Source of the DNA: Candidatus Latescibacterota bacterium
GTDB taxonomy: Bacteria; Latescibacterota; UBA2968; UBA8231
Assembly (NCBI GenBank): GCA_965215195.1
Contig: CBDCDC010000002.1
Span: forward strand, 2,944,001 to 3,008,000
Reading direction: 5' to 3'
DNA length: 64,000 nucleotides
Part shown: positions 53,598 through 62,674 of the stretch, in pieces
How the letters are laid out: each line of letters starts with the position of its first letter
How positions within the stretch are numbered: position 1 is the stretch's first letter
Notes under the pieces: generated by a model
Seen by the model: only the letters and a program-made list of their open reading frames with translations
Told to the model about the DNA's origin: nothing
The model's database searches: none
Translations under genes and position numbers: made by a program

Positions 53598-53837
53598 ATG
53601 ACGACCCCCCCTTTGACTCCCGAAGAACGCTTGGCGAGGCTCGAAGGCGTTTACGATCATCTGGCGACTAAGGCCGATATTGCCCGAGTGGAGGGCAAAA
53701 TGTCTGAACTTGAAGCAGCACTCAAAGGCGATATTGCCGAACTCAAAGCCGAATTGTACAAGGGTTTGAACCGCAACCTTTACATCACGATAGGAGCGGT
53801 CGCCGCCGCAGTGACGCTGATGAAATATCTGCCATGA
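53598..53837 (+). CDS. Duplicate small coiled-coil protein, one heptad longer
   Basis: Near-identical to 53292-53510 plus GDIAELK. Confidence 0.8.
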   Translation: MTTPPLTPEERLARLEGVYDHLATKADIARVEGKMSELEAALKGDIAELKAELYKGLNRNLYITIGAVAAAVTLMKYLP

Positions 53838-53953
53838 CCGCCAGCCACTAATCGCGGGTCCCCGTCCAGACAGACGTCGGCCTTGGGGCGGACGATGGAA
53901 GCGATGAGGACGAAAGGAAAAATTCGGGAGAAATGCCTGAATGGTGCGTAACA

Positions 53954-56176
53954 TCACTTATGTAGATGGTGCTCGGCCCGTTTTGGCGCTCCAGCGTCGA
54001 ACTTAAAAGAGGGCAACGCTAAAATCTCCAGCCGGTCGCGTCCCTCAGTGACCCGGATGATCGCGTTCAGCGGCACCTCATCGAACACCTGCTCTGCGCC
54101 ACTTTGCGGCCAAAAAACCACCAGCCGCGCCGCTCGCTCGGCCGAACCCAACCCCACGTACTGACGCAGCGGATTGCCGCCAAAACTGCCGCCGCTACCC
54201 ACCCACCGGTACAGCGACCGCTCTTGGCCCTGCTCCACCACATCTACCCGTAGCCGCGTCCCGATTCCCGACCGATTCGACGCCACCCCCACCACCTCAA
54301 TTGCCAGCCAGCCGCGTCCAAACCCCGGATTCTCGTATAACACATCGGCGAACCCGTCGCCGCGATAGGCCCCGCCCATCTGCTCGAATAGGTCTAAATC
54401 GCCATCGTGGTCCACATCGGCAAATGCGACCCCATGGCCCTTTTGCAGATGCCCCAACCCGCTGGCAAAAGTAACATCGACAACGCGCTGACCCGCTTGG
54501 TTCCAATACAGCACATTGGGCATCAGCTCGGCGTAATCGGTATCGCCGGTGCCCAAGTAGAAATCCAAAAATCCATCGCTGTCCACATCGCCGAAATTGG
54601 CCCCCATAGGTTTGGTCGGCTGCGCGAGCTGGAGGTCTTGGGACACGTCCGCAAAGCCGCCTTGGCCATCGCCGCGATACAGCCGCGCCTGCTCCACGGC
54701 CACCGAGTGGCCCATGTACGCGGCCGCGATGTCGGCGACGGTGGCCGAGTACGCGGCGACGAACAGGTCGAGGTGACCGTCGTTGTCAAAGTCCCAGAAC
54801 CAGGCCGGGAAGCTGGCCCGAGGAGCGACGACGCCGGCGTCGGGAGCTACATCGGCGAAGGTGCCGTCGCCTTGGTTGCGGTAGAGTCGGTTGGGCTGCC
54901 CGAGGTTGGACACGTATAGATCGGGCCAGCGGTCCTGGTCGTAGTCGCCCCAGACGACCGCCTTGGCGTGGGCGTATTGATCAACGCCGGCGTCGGGTGC
55001 CAGATCGTTGAAGGTGCCGTCGCCTTGGTTTTGAAAGAGCTGGCTGGGGGCTACAAAGGTGTCGGTGGTTTCGTTGCCGATGTAGAGGTCGAGGTCGCCG
55101 TCGAGGTCGTAGTCGCCCCAGGCAGCGGTTTGGGTGGGGTAGTGGTCTTGCCCTAAGCCGGCGGCAAAGGTCGCGTCGAGAAAGGTGCCATCGCCCGCGT
55201 TCCGCAGCAGGGAATTGGGGTGCTGGCCGTGTTCGCCAAACCAAGCCCCGCGCAGGACCAGCAGGTCGAGGTGGCCGTCGTTGTCAAAGTCGGCTTGCAC
55301 CAAGTTGAGTCCACCCAACAGCCCGTTGAGGTTGGCCGCCTCGGTGCGGTCCGCAAAGGTGCCGTCCGCCTCGTTGCGAAAAAAGCGCAGTTGTCCGGCT
55401 AAGTCCGATGTCGAGACGAAGAAATCGAGGTATCCGTCGCCGTCGAAGTCGTCGGCCACGGCCCCGCCAGAGAGGCTGAAGGTGTCCAGTCCGAGGGCAG
55501 GTGCCACATTGACCCAGCGCGGAAACGCTGCTTGGGACTCAAAGGCTTTGGGGGGAATCCGGTGAGCGGGCGGCACGGCCTCGGGATACTGCCCCAAGGT
55601 CATATAGGCGATGTTGAGCAGCCAGCGGGCGCTCAGGTGCAGACGCTCCTCTGCGGCGGTGCGATCGAGCACGGCTTGGAAATAGGGGATGGCTTGGCGC
55701 GATCCTTCGGGAAGGGTGTGGACGCCGCCGGGGCGAATGGGCAGGATGCAGTGGTCGGCGTTGGGGTTGAGGACGCAGTTTTGGGTCTCCCCCAAGCGCA
55801 GCCACGCCAGCCCGAGGCGAAAGCGGATTTCATTGACGACCTCAGAGGGGACTGAGTGTTGGGCCGCGACCATCTCTTCGGCCGCGGCGAGATGGTCTAG
55901 GGCGCGGCGTTCCCGTCCCAAGAAAAGTTCGGCGATCCCGAGGCGAAAGTGGAGACGGATGCGATCTTGGGCGGGGGCTGCATCGGGCAGGGCCTGCAAC
56001 TGGTCTTCTAGCTGTCGCAGCCGACCTTCGCCCTGATAGGGATTGTCGTCGAGGTTTTGCTCGCGAATTTCCCGCAAGAGGGCCACCATTTTTCGATGGC
56101 TTTCCTCTTGCGGGAGCGAGGCGGCGTAGCCGTCCGAAATCGCCAAGAAGAATAAAAAGGGGAGTAAATAAGGCAT
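53954..56176 (-). CDS. CRTAC1-family protein with N-terminal helical (TPR-like) domain
   Basis: Signal peptide; LRLGETQNC...HCILPI...RWLLNIAYMTLG; FG-GAP repeats; SNRSGIG...GSGGSFGGNP...GLG. Confidence 0.9.
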   Translation of the reverse strand: MPYLLPFLFFLAISDGYAASLPQEESHRKMVALLREIREQNLDDNPYQGEGRLRQLEDQLQALPDAAPAQDRIRLHFRLGIAELFLGRERRALDHLAAAEEMVAAQHSVPSEVVNEIRFRLGLAWLRLGETQNCVLNPNADHCILPIRPGGVHTLPEGSRQAIPYFQAVLDRTAAEERLHLSARWLLNIAYMTLGQYPEAVPPAHRIPPKAFESQAAFPRWVNVAPALGLDTFSLSGGAVADDFDGDGYLDFFVSTSDLAGQLRFFRNEADGTFADRTEAANLNGLLGGLNLVQADFDNDGHLDLLVLRGAWFGEHGQHPNSLLRNAGDGTFLDATFAAGLGQDHYPTQTAAWGDYDLDGDLDLYIGNETTDTFVAPSQLFQNQGDGTFNDLAPDAGVDQYAHAKAVVWGDYDQDRWPDLYVSNLGQPNRLYRNQGDGTFADVAPDAGVVAPRASFPAWFWDFDNDGHLDLFVAAYSATVADIAAAYMGHSVAVEQARLYRGDGQGGFADVSQDLQLAQPTKPMGANFGDVDSDGFLDFYLGTGDTDYAELMPNVLYWNQAGQRVVDVTFASGLGHLQKGHGVAFADVDHDGDLDLFEQMGGAYRGDGFADVLYENPGFGRGWLAIEVVGVASNRSGIGTRLRVDVVEQGQERSLYRWVGSGGSFGGNPLRQYVGLGSAERAARLVVFWPQSGAEQVFDEVPLNAIIRVTEGRDRLEILALPSFKFDAGAPKRAEHHLHK

Positions 56177-56194
56177 GATCCGAGGGGAGTGAGC

Positions 56195-56251
56195 TCAGCC
56201 GAGCCGTCTTGCGTATTCGTCGTGCTTGCCAATCCACACCCAGATCAGCAT
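56195..56251 (-). pseudogene. C-terminal remnant of a small RelE/ParE-like toxin
   Basis: Reads MLIWVWIGKHDEYARRLG*, matching the WxWIGxHxEY end motif of such toxins. No homologous upstream sequence recognised. Confidence 0.45.
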
Positions 56252-56342
56252 AGCCTTAATTAACAATTTAGGCTTGCAACTAACTGATGTTGCACAGCAT
56301 TGAGGTGTTGGAGCTGCTCAATCCACTAGGTCGTGCGGCGAC

Positions 56343-58100
56343 TTACCGATCCCACGGAAATGCAAATGTCGGCCCGTTGGCATACCTGCTCATGCCGATC
56401 TCTAGGGTCTCCCCGGCCCCTGGCGCTAGCTCCACTGCAAAGGCCAAATCATCTATCGCGGTTTCTTTCCCCCCCACGCGCACGCTCGTAAACTGGTGCT
56501 CGGCATAGGCACCGCCTTGCACGATCACTTCGCGCCCGGCCACCGGGTCTGTGTTGACCAGCGTCAGCGTCATTGAGTCGGCCCCTAGCCGCTCCACCAG
56601 CGCACCCACGCCCTCGGGCATCCCCGCCCGCCCGGCCTGCGGATCGAAATAGCGCACCCGGCAGTGCAGGGGCGAGCCGTGGCGCGGCGTCAACCCGCCC
56701 AACATGAGCTGGGTCAGTCCGCCCGGGATGGCCGGGTTGAATGGGTTGGGATTGTCCGAAAGCCGGGTGTCTGGCGTAGTCGGGTCGCGGCGCACCTTGT
56801 CCATCTGCGCGCGCAGGCGGGCAAAGTCGGCCTGTAGCGCGGCTTCCGGGTAGGTGGAATCGCGTCCCTCCAAGAAGCCGAACCAGCCGCTGTCCGCGTT
56901 TAGCCGGCTCAGATCGGCCCGGTCCATCGACCAGTAGTACACCTCTTGCGCTCCCTGCGCGTAGTGGCCCGGCCGAAATTCGTACCAGCCCTCGTCCCCG
57001 TACATCTGCGGATACATCATCTGCCCGTCAATTTCTTTGCCATTGGCGTTGATTTTGTCGATCATCTGCCGCCACACAGCGACGAATTTCTGCTCGCCTG
57101 ACAGCAACAGGGCGTTGCCAAAACCCGAAATCCCCAACCCGTGCGTATTGCGGCTGGCCAGCTCCCCGGTCTGGGGCACCTCAACCGTAAAGGCCCAGCC
57201 GTAACACCCCCCGTACCACTTGCCGCCGCACTCACCGCCGATGGTCCCGTCAAGTCCGATATTGGTGGGAATGATCCCGTCGTTGGCTAGCGTCCGTTGC
57301 CGCCAAGCCTCGACGTATTCGAGCACCCAGTCCTTGTACTGGTCCTCGCCCGTCAGAGCGTACGCGTTCAGCCCCAAGGCCGTCGCCACCATGTTCTGCG
57401 GATGATCGCCGACGATGTCGGTGTAGTCTTTGAAGTGGGCCAGCATCTCCTCGAAGTTGCGTTCCCCGTGCAGGGGTATAAAGCGCTCCTGCACCTCGTC
57501 GAGTGGGTCGCCGGCCCAGTCGAGTGCGGTGGCCTTGCGCAGCAGCGGCCCGCGGCTGCCGTTGAACAGACTCTTGATGATTTTGCGTTCGGGGTCGTAG
57601 TTGGGTGCCTGTGGGTCGCAGCCCATGTAAAATCCGGCGTAGCGCCGCACCCGCTGCTCAAATGCCCGCTCGCGTGGGTTCATCAATCCGTGCAGGTTGA
57701 ACGTCGTCAGCCCTTCCCCGTTGTGGACCCAGTCGAACATCACGGGGAACTCTCGGTAGTACATCCCGTCGCGCGTAAAGGGCACCTCGGTGGTCTTGGC
57801 CTCGGTGTATTGCTTGAGATGCCCCTCCCAAGCCAACTGACACATGTCGTACAAATGGGGCCCGCCTCCCAGCACGTAGAGCACCGGCCAGTGGACCAGA
57901 TTCTCAATGGCGTCGTCCGGCCCGTCGTTGCCACCCCAACGCGGGATGCACTCTAAATACCCCCGCTCGTCGAAGTACTTGGCGAAAAATTCCGCGCATC
58001 CCCTAGTTTGCGCCCGAATCAGTTCCCACTCCAGCAGCGCCCAAGCGGGCGGCGGCATTGGCCGGTCAATGGCAATGGCGCGGGGATTTAGATAGCTCAT
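56343..58100 (-). CDS. Conserved hypothetical cytoplasmic protein (possible alpha/alpha-toroid enzyme)
   Basis: 585-aa ORF with AAGGAG RBS and native codon style; motifs RWGGNDGPDDAIEN and DWVHNGE. Function not recognised. Confidence 0.8.
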   Translation of the reverse strand: MSYLNPRAIAIDRPMPPPAWALLEWELIRAQTRGCAEFFAKYFDERGYLECIPRWGGNDGPDDAIENLVHWPVLYVLGGGPHLYDMCQLAWEGHLKQYTEAKTTEVPFTRDGMYYREFPVMFDWVHNGEGLTTFNLHGLMNPRERAFEQRVRRYAGFYMGCDPQAPNYDPERKIIKSLFNGSRGPLLRKATALDWAGDPLDEVQERFIPLHGERNFEEMLAHFKDYTDIVGDHPQNMVATALGLNAYALTGEDQYKDWVLEYVEAWRQRTLANDGIIPTNIGLDGTIGGECGGKWYGGCYGWAFTVEVPQTGELASRNTHGLGISGFGNALLLSGEQKFVAVWRQMIDKINANGKEIDGQMMYPQMYGDEGWYEFRPGHYAQGAQEVYYWSMDRADLSRLNADSGWFGFLEGRDSTYPEAALQADFARLRAQMDKVRRDPTTPDTRLSDNPNPFNPAIPGGLTQLMLGGLTPRHGSPLHCRVRYFDPQAGRAGMPEGVGALVERLGADSMTLTLVNTDPVAGREVIVQGGAYAEHQFTSVRVGGKETAIDDLAFAVELAPGAGETLEIGMSRYANGPTFAFPWDR

Positions 58101-58197
58101 GGAGCACTCCTTTTTGGCTTGCAGCCGATGATGCGAACCCCGTTTATATAAGAACCTGTCTCAGCGGCGGCAAGCCCTCTAAAGCGCGATCAAAACC

Positions 58198-58941
58198 ATG
58201 ACGCAACCGCCCTATCCCCAGCACCTCAACCCCAAGCTGACGCCCGCAATCGCCGAGGATGTGGCCTTCTTCCGCAAGTGGGGCTACCTCGTGGTCGAAG
58301 ACGCCATCACCGCGGCGCAGGTCGCCGCCCTGCGCACGGCCCTCGATGCGGCCTTTGCCCGCGGGAGCGGCGAGCAGTTTATCCACCAGCTCCTCGAAGA
58401 GGACGCGGCCTTTGCCTTCCTGCTCGACAATCCGCCCGTGCTGGAGAGGATGCAAGCGATTTTGGGCACCTGCGTCCAGCTCCACAGCGCCACCGCCCGC
58501 GTCACCGCGCCGGGGCAGGACGACCAGAACTGGCACCGCGACGTGCCCTGGCCGGTCGATCCCGATGGCACGCCCTACGGGGCGTTGCCCGGCCAGATCA
58601 ACTGCGGCTACTACTTGGACGAATTGGACGAGGACAACGGGGCCATCGTCATCGTCCCCGGCAGCCACCGCGCCCCCTTCCGCCCGCCGGCCGGCCATCC
58701 GCGCTTCCCCGAAGAGAAGTGGATCTTTGCCCGCCCGGGTCAGGCGGTGATGTTCGACGGCTGTCTTTATCACCGCGGCGCGGCCAACCGTTCGCCGGTG
58801 TGCCGCCGCGTCTGCCTGATGTGCTACCAGACCGCTTGGATGAAATCCCGCGAGCCTTTCGACGGCCCTTTCGCCCAGAAGGTCCGCGCCACGGGCACTG
58901 ACCAGCAGAAAATGCTGATGGGTGCCATCGAAAAATGGTAA
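58198..58941 (+). CDS. PhyH-family dioxygenase
   Basis: FFRKWGYLVVED, WHRD, YYLD...NGAIVIVPGSH, PGQAVMFDGCLYHRG. Confidence 0.9.
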   Translation: MTQPPYPQHLNPKLTPAIAEDVAFFRKWGYLVVEDAITAAQVAALRTALDAAFARGSGEQFIHQLLEEDAAFAFLLDNPPVLERMQAILGTCVQLHSATARVTAPGQDDQNWHRDVPWPVDPDGTPYGALPGQINCGYYLDELDEDNGAIVIVPGSHRAPFRPPAGHPRFPEEKWIFARPGQAVMFDGCLYHRGAANRSPVCRRVCLMCYQTAWMKSREPFDGPFAQKVRATGTDQQKMLMGAIEKW

Positions 58942-58955
58942 GGAGGAACCAACCC

Positions 58956-59813
58956 ATGTTGACCACCGCACAAATCGAACACTACCAAACCGAAGGGTAC
59001 GTTGCTGTCCCCGGCTTCCTCAGCGCCGAAGAGATCGCCGTCTTCCTGCGCGAGATGGACGCGGTCAGTGCCGGCAATACGCTCGCCAACCACGATGCCA
59101 CCCGCATGGAGATGGAGCCTAACCAGCCTCCCGACGGTACGCAGGTCCGCCGCCTGTACGAGCCTTGCAGCCACTACGAGGTCTTCCGGGCGTTCTCCGA
59201 GTCGGAGCGCCTCCTCGACGCGGTTGAGGCCCTGCTCGGCCCGGACTTGGTCTTCCACTACAGCAAGATCAACATGAAACCGGCCGGCGTTGGCTCACCC
59301 GTTGAGTGGCACCAAGACCTTTCCTACTATCCGCTGACCCATCGCGGCTCGGTGAGTATTCTCTTTTACCTCGACGACGCCACCGTTAAAAACGGCTGCT
59401 TGCAAGTCATCCCCCGCCGCCATCGCAGTGACCTGCTGTCGCACAGCACTGACGGCTTTTTTCAGGGCCGGGTTACGGAAGCGGTCGATCAATCGCTGGC
59501 CGTGCCGATCCCCGGCGCAGCGGGCGCAGTCATCTTCATGCATGCGATGACCCCTCATGCTTCCATCGCCAATGTCTCGGACAAGCCGCGCCGCACCCTG
59601 ATCCTCAGCTACCGCGTCGCCGATGCCTTCCCGATTTACACCGGCGAGATGACCTACAAGACCGAGGCCAATGCGCGTCTAGTGCGCGGTCGGATCCCGC
59701 ACACAGCGCGTTTCGATGGCCGCTCCTTTCCCATTCCGCTGTACAAGGACGCCATTTCCTCGCTCTACGATTTGCAGGAGCGCTCGCGCCAAGGGGAGAT
59801 GGTGGCCGGTTAG
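58956..59813 (+). CDS. PhyH-family dioxygenase
   Basis: YQTEGY, KINMKP, WHQD, NGCLQVIP, TPHAS. AAGGAGG RBS. Confidence 0.9.
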   Translation: MLTTAQIEHYQTEGYVAVPGFLSAEEIAVFLREMDAVSAGNTLANHDATRMEMEPNQPPDGTQVRRLYEPCSHYEVFRAFSESERLLDAVEALLGPDLVFHYSKINMKPAGVGSPVEWHQDLSYYPLTHRGSVSILFYLDDATVKNGCLQVIPRRHRSDLLSHSTDGFFQGRVTEAVDQSLAVPIPGAAGAVIFMHAMTPHASIANVSDKPRRTLILSYRVADAFPIYTGEMTYKTEANARLVRGRIPHTARFDGRSFPIPLYKDAISSLYDLQERSRQGEMVAG

Positions 59814-59933
59814 AAAATCGCGATTCGCGATTAAACTTTGGGGAACAATGCAGACGCAAGAGTGAGATTTTGCAGAAATTCAATATAATTCAACTTTGGC
59901 GAAAAACTTCGCCGCAACCAAATAGGAAAAGAC

Positions 59934-60587
59934 ATGCAGCGTTTTATTCTGCTCACGTGCCTGACGGCTTTTGTAATGACCTCGCCAGCGTTCGCCCAGC
60001 AAATGGAAGATGTCGTTCACTTAAAAAATGGCGGACTCATTCGCGGGATTATAATTGAGCAAATTCCGGGCGAATCGCTGAAGATAAAGACGCGAGACGG
60101 GAACGTGTTCGTCTATGCGATGGATGAGGTTGCCAAGATGTCCAAGGAACCTGTGATGGGGATGCGAGGGCATATTGGGGCTAAAAAGAAAAATCCTTGG
60201 ATAGCTTTTGGCCTATCGGCTCTAATTACTGGAGGTGGACAATTCTATAATGGACAGCACGGCAAAGGAGCGGCTCAATTAGGCGGAGTTATCCTAGGTA
60301 TCGGACTTATGAGCAGTGCTTTTGAGGATGATTATGAAAATAGATACGGTGCCCTAGTTGATCCTGATGATGATGATGGAAAAGGTGCCTTCGGGTTTTT
60401 GCTTTGTTTCGGCAGCTATATATGGTCAATAGTTGATGCGCCCATCTCTGCCAACAGCATCAATTGGCAAAGTCAGCGACCTTCGTACGGACATCTGATT
60501 GAGCTTGGCGGCAGCCGAGCTACGCTTGGTGTCGATCCGGTCGTTTCGCACAACAATCTGGGGACTAGACTGACGCTCCATTTTTAG
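59934..60587 (+). CDS. Hypothetical exported/membrane protein (DUF5683-like motif)
   Basis: Signal peptide; DVVHLKNGGLIRGIIIEQIP; KKNPWIAFGLSALITGGGQFYNG. Lower GC than flanks. Confidence 0.7.
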   Translation: MQRFILLTCLTAFVMTSPAFAQQMEDVVHLKNGGLIRGIIIEQIPGESLKIKTRDGNVFVYAMDEVAKMSKEPVMGMRGHIGAKKKNPWIAFGLSALITGGGQFYNGQHGKGAAQLGGVILGIGLMSSAFEDDYENRYGALVDPDDDDGKGAFGFLLCFGSYIWSIVDAPISANSINWQSQRPSYGHLIELGGSRATLGVDPVVSHNNLGTRLTLHF

Positions 60588-60670
60588 TTCGCTTTGGAAT
60601 CCTGTCCCGCCGTTGGCATGTTGGCATTTCACGTCGAGACCGGATAAATTATTCGCAGGAGAAATGCGAT

Positions 60671-60913
60671 ATGGACACGTCCCTCATTGACCTGACATTT
60701 GTTCCCGAGCTGTTGCGTTTGCCCTATTCACAAGTTTGGAGCGACTATGATGAAGGGGCCGACGTATTGTATCTGAGCTTTGAAAAACCTCAGTGCGCCA
60801 ATGACAGCGCGATGGAAGAGGACGGGAATATCTACCACTACCGCGACAGCCGCCTTGTCGGCATTACGCTCCCCAATGCTCGAACTCGCTTTCAACAGAA
60901 CTCCTCACAATAG
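60671..60913 (+). CDS. DUF2283-domain protein (putative antitoxin)
   Basis: DYDEGADVLYLSF...RLVGIT signature. Confidence 0.8.
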   Translation: MDTSLIDLTFVPELLRLPYSQVWSDYDEGADVLYLSFEKPQCANDSAMEEDGNIYHYRDSRLVGITLPNARTRFQQNSSQ

Positions 60914-60925
60914 GAGCAGCACGTC

Positions 60926-61069
60926 ATGCGCGAAAACAAGACCGTCCAGACGCCCTCCATGCGCGATTTTGACCGCATGATTGCCAAAGCTCGCCAACAG
61001 GCTAGGCAAGCCGGAATGAAACGGTCGGATGTTGCCGCCGCCGTTTCCCGGGTCCGAGCGGCAAAATGA
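60926..61069 (+). CDS. 47-aa ORF resembling the C-terminal half of an AbrB/MazE-type antitoxin
   Basis: Hand translation MRENKTVQTPSMRDFDRMIAKARQQARQAGMKRSDVAAAVSRVRAAK*; AGGAG RBS. Below the ORF-track cutoff. Confidence 0.55.
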   Translation: MRENKTVQTPSMRDFDRMIAKARQQARQAGMKRSDVAAAVSRVRAAK

Positions 61070-61086
61070 AAGAGGCAACAACATCG

Positions 61087-61929
61087 ATGTCCCCACAAGA
61101 CCCGAAAGAAAACTTCGACCAGCTCATCCGCGACGGCTACTGCTTGGTAGAAGACGTCCTTGACGCCGACATCCTCCACCGCCTGCGCCAAGTCACCGAC
61201 CAGCTCCTCGACGCCCAAAGCCAAGCAAACCGCACCCAACAGCGCTCCACCGGCAGCATGATCGATGTGGGTGTCCACCCCATCTTCGCCGAACTCGTGG
61301 CCTATCCGCCCGCTCACGCCGCGCTCGAAACCTTGGGCTTTCTGCGCCCTCGGTGGATGTCCGGCTACGTCATCAGCAAACCGCCCAACAGCCCGGCGCT
61401 CTTTTGGCATCAGGACTGGTGGGGCTGGGACGATCCTTCGAGCTATACGCCCCTGCCCCAGCAGCTTTTTTTGATGTACTATCTCGTCGATACCACGCCC
61501 CACAACGGCTGCCTGCGCCTGTTGCGCGGCTCGCACCTGAAGCGCCACCGCATGCACGACGAAGTGCCCAACGCGCACACCGACGAGCTCCGCTGCGTGG
61601 CCGATCCCGATCATCCGGCCTATCAGTCGATCCCCGAAGAAGTGGATGTACCTGTGGCGGCGGGCGATGTGGTCATCGGCGATTCGCGGCTATTGCACTC
61701 GGCCCACGCCAACAAATCGGCCCAGCGGCGCACCGTCATTACCCTGTGGTATTTCCCGTACTTCGACCTGCTCTCCGACGGCCTCCGCGCCGCCGTGGCC
61801 CGTCCCCGCGAATGGGTCGGCTGGGACGACGAAGATAGAGCACGGGTTGCCGATCTCTTGCCCGCCTATGAGGGCCCTGCGGCGCCCGTGCCTTGGAACC
61901 GGATGCCGGGCCGCGCTCTCACTCACTAA
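61087..61929 (+). CDS. PhyH-family dioxygenase
   Basis: RDGYCLVEDVL, FWHQD, NGCLRLLRGSH, AGDVVIGDSRLLHSA. Confidence 0.9.
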   Translation: MSPQDPKENFDQLIRDGYCLVEDVLDADILHRLRQVTDQLLDAQSQANRTQQRSTGSMIDVGVHPIFAELVAYPPAHAALETLGFLRPRWMSGYVISKPPNSPALFWHQDWWGWDDPSSYTPLPQQLFLMYYLVDTTPHNGCLRLLRGSHLKRHRMHDEVPNAHTDELRCVADPDHPAYQSIPEEVDVPVAAGDVVIGDSRLLHSAHANKSAQRRTVITLWYFPYFDLLSDGLRAAVARPREWVGWDDEDRARVADLLPAYEGPAAPVPWNRMPGRALTH

Positions 61930-62674
61930 ACGAGGAGCTTTGCTATGCACACCGACTCGATCTTGTTGGACGATAGCCGCATGCAGTCTTTCATCGCCGA
62001 CGGCTATACAGTAGTAGAAACGGATTTGCCCGCGGATTTTCACCAATCCGTCTATCGGCAAATAGAGGAGGTCTTGGCGGCCGAGGGCAATCCGGGCAAT
62101 AACCTATTGCCCCGCGTCCCGGACTTGCAGCAGGTGTTCGACCAACCCCAAGTGGCGGGTGCCCTGACCAGTATCTTGGGGCCGGGGTACTATTTGCATC
62201 CGCACCGGTTCTGCCATTTCAACAAGCCGGGTTCGGAGGGGCAAAGGCTGCACAAGGATAGCTGGAGTCGGCGGCACCACCGGCCGCGCTGGGCCATGGC
62301 CTTTTACTATCCGCAGGACACGCCGGCCGAGCGCGGACCCACTGGCGTTGTCCCCGGCAGCCACTACCACAATCGCCTCGACCGAGGGGCTGAGGAGCGG
62401 GAAATTGCGCTTGCGGGGGCGGCCGGGACGGTCGCCATTGTCCACTACGACTTGTGGCACCGGGCCACGCCCAATAGCAGCGGGCAGCATCGCTATATGG
62501 TCAAATTCCTCTTTGTCCGCCTCGAAGAGCCAGACGGGCCTAGTTGGGATGCGACCGGGGAGTCTTGGGCTGGGAACGGACGTGCCGCAGCACCCATCTG
62601 GCACAGTATGTGGGAATGGTACGGCGGCCGCTCCAAGGGCCTTGCCGCGGATAGCGGCGAGCGGTCGGCGCTAC

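Larger units (their letters stand above)
53211..53838 (+). repeat. Tandem duplication, 306-bp unit (promoter + RBS + small gene)
   Basis: CCCCGTTGACGCTGTTCTATCGCG... starts at 53211 and again at 53517. The second unit has a 21-nt in-frame insertion. Confidence 0.95.

Noticed and set aside
58148-58182. TAA-GAACCTGTC...GCCCTC-TAA as a possible mini IS5 scar
   Set aside because: The putative ends are not convincingly complementary.
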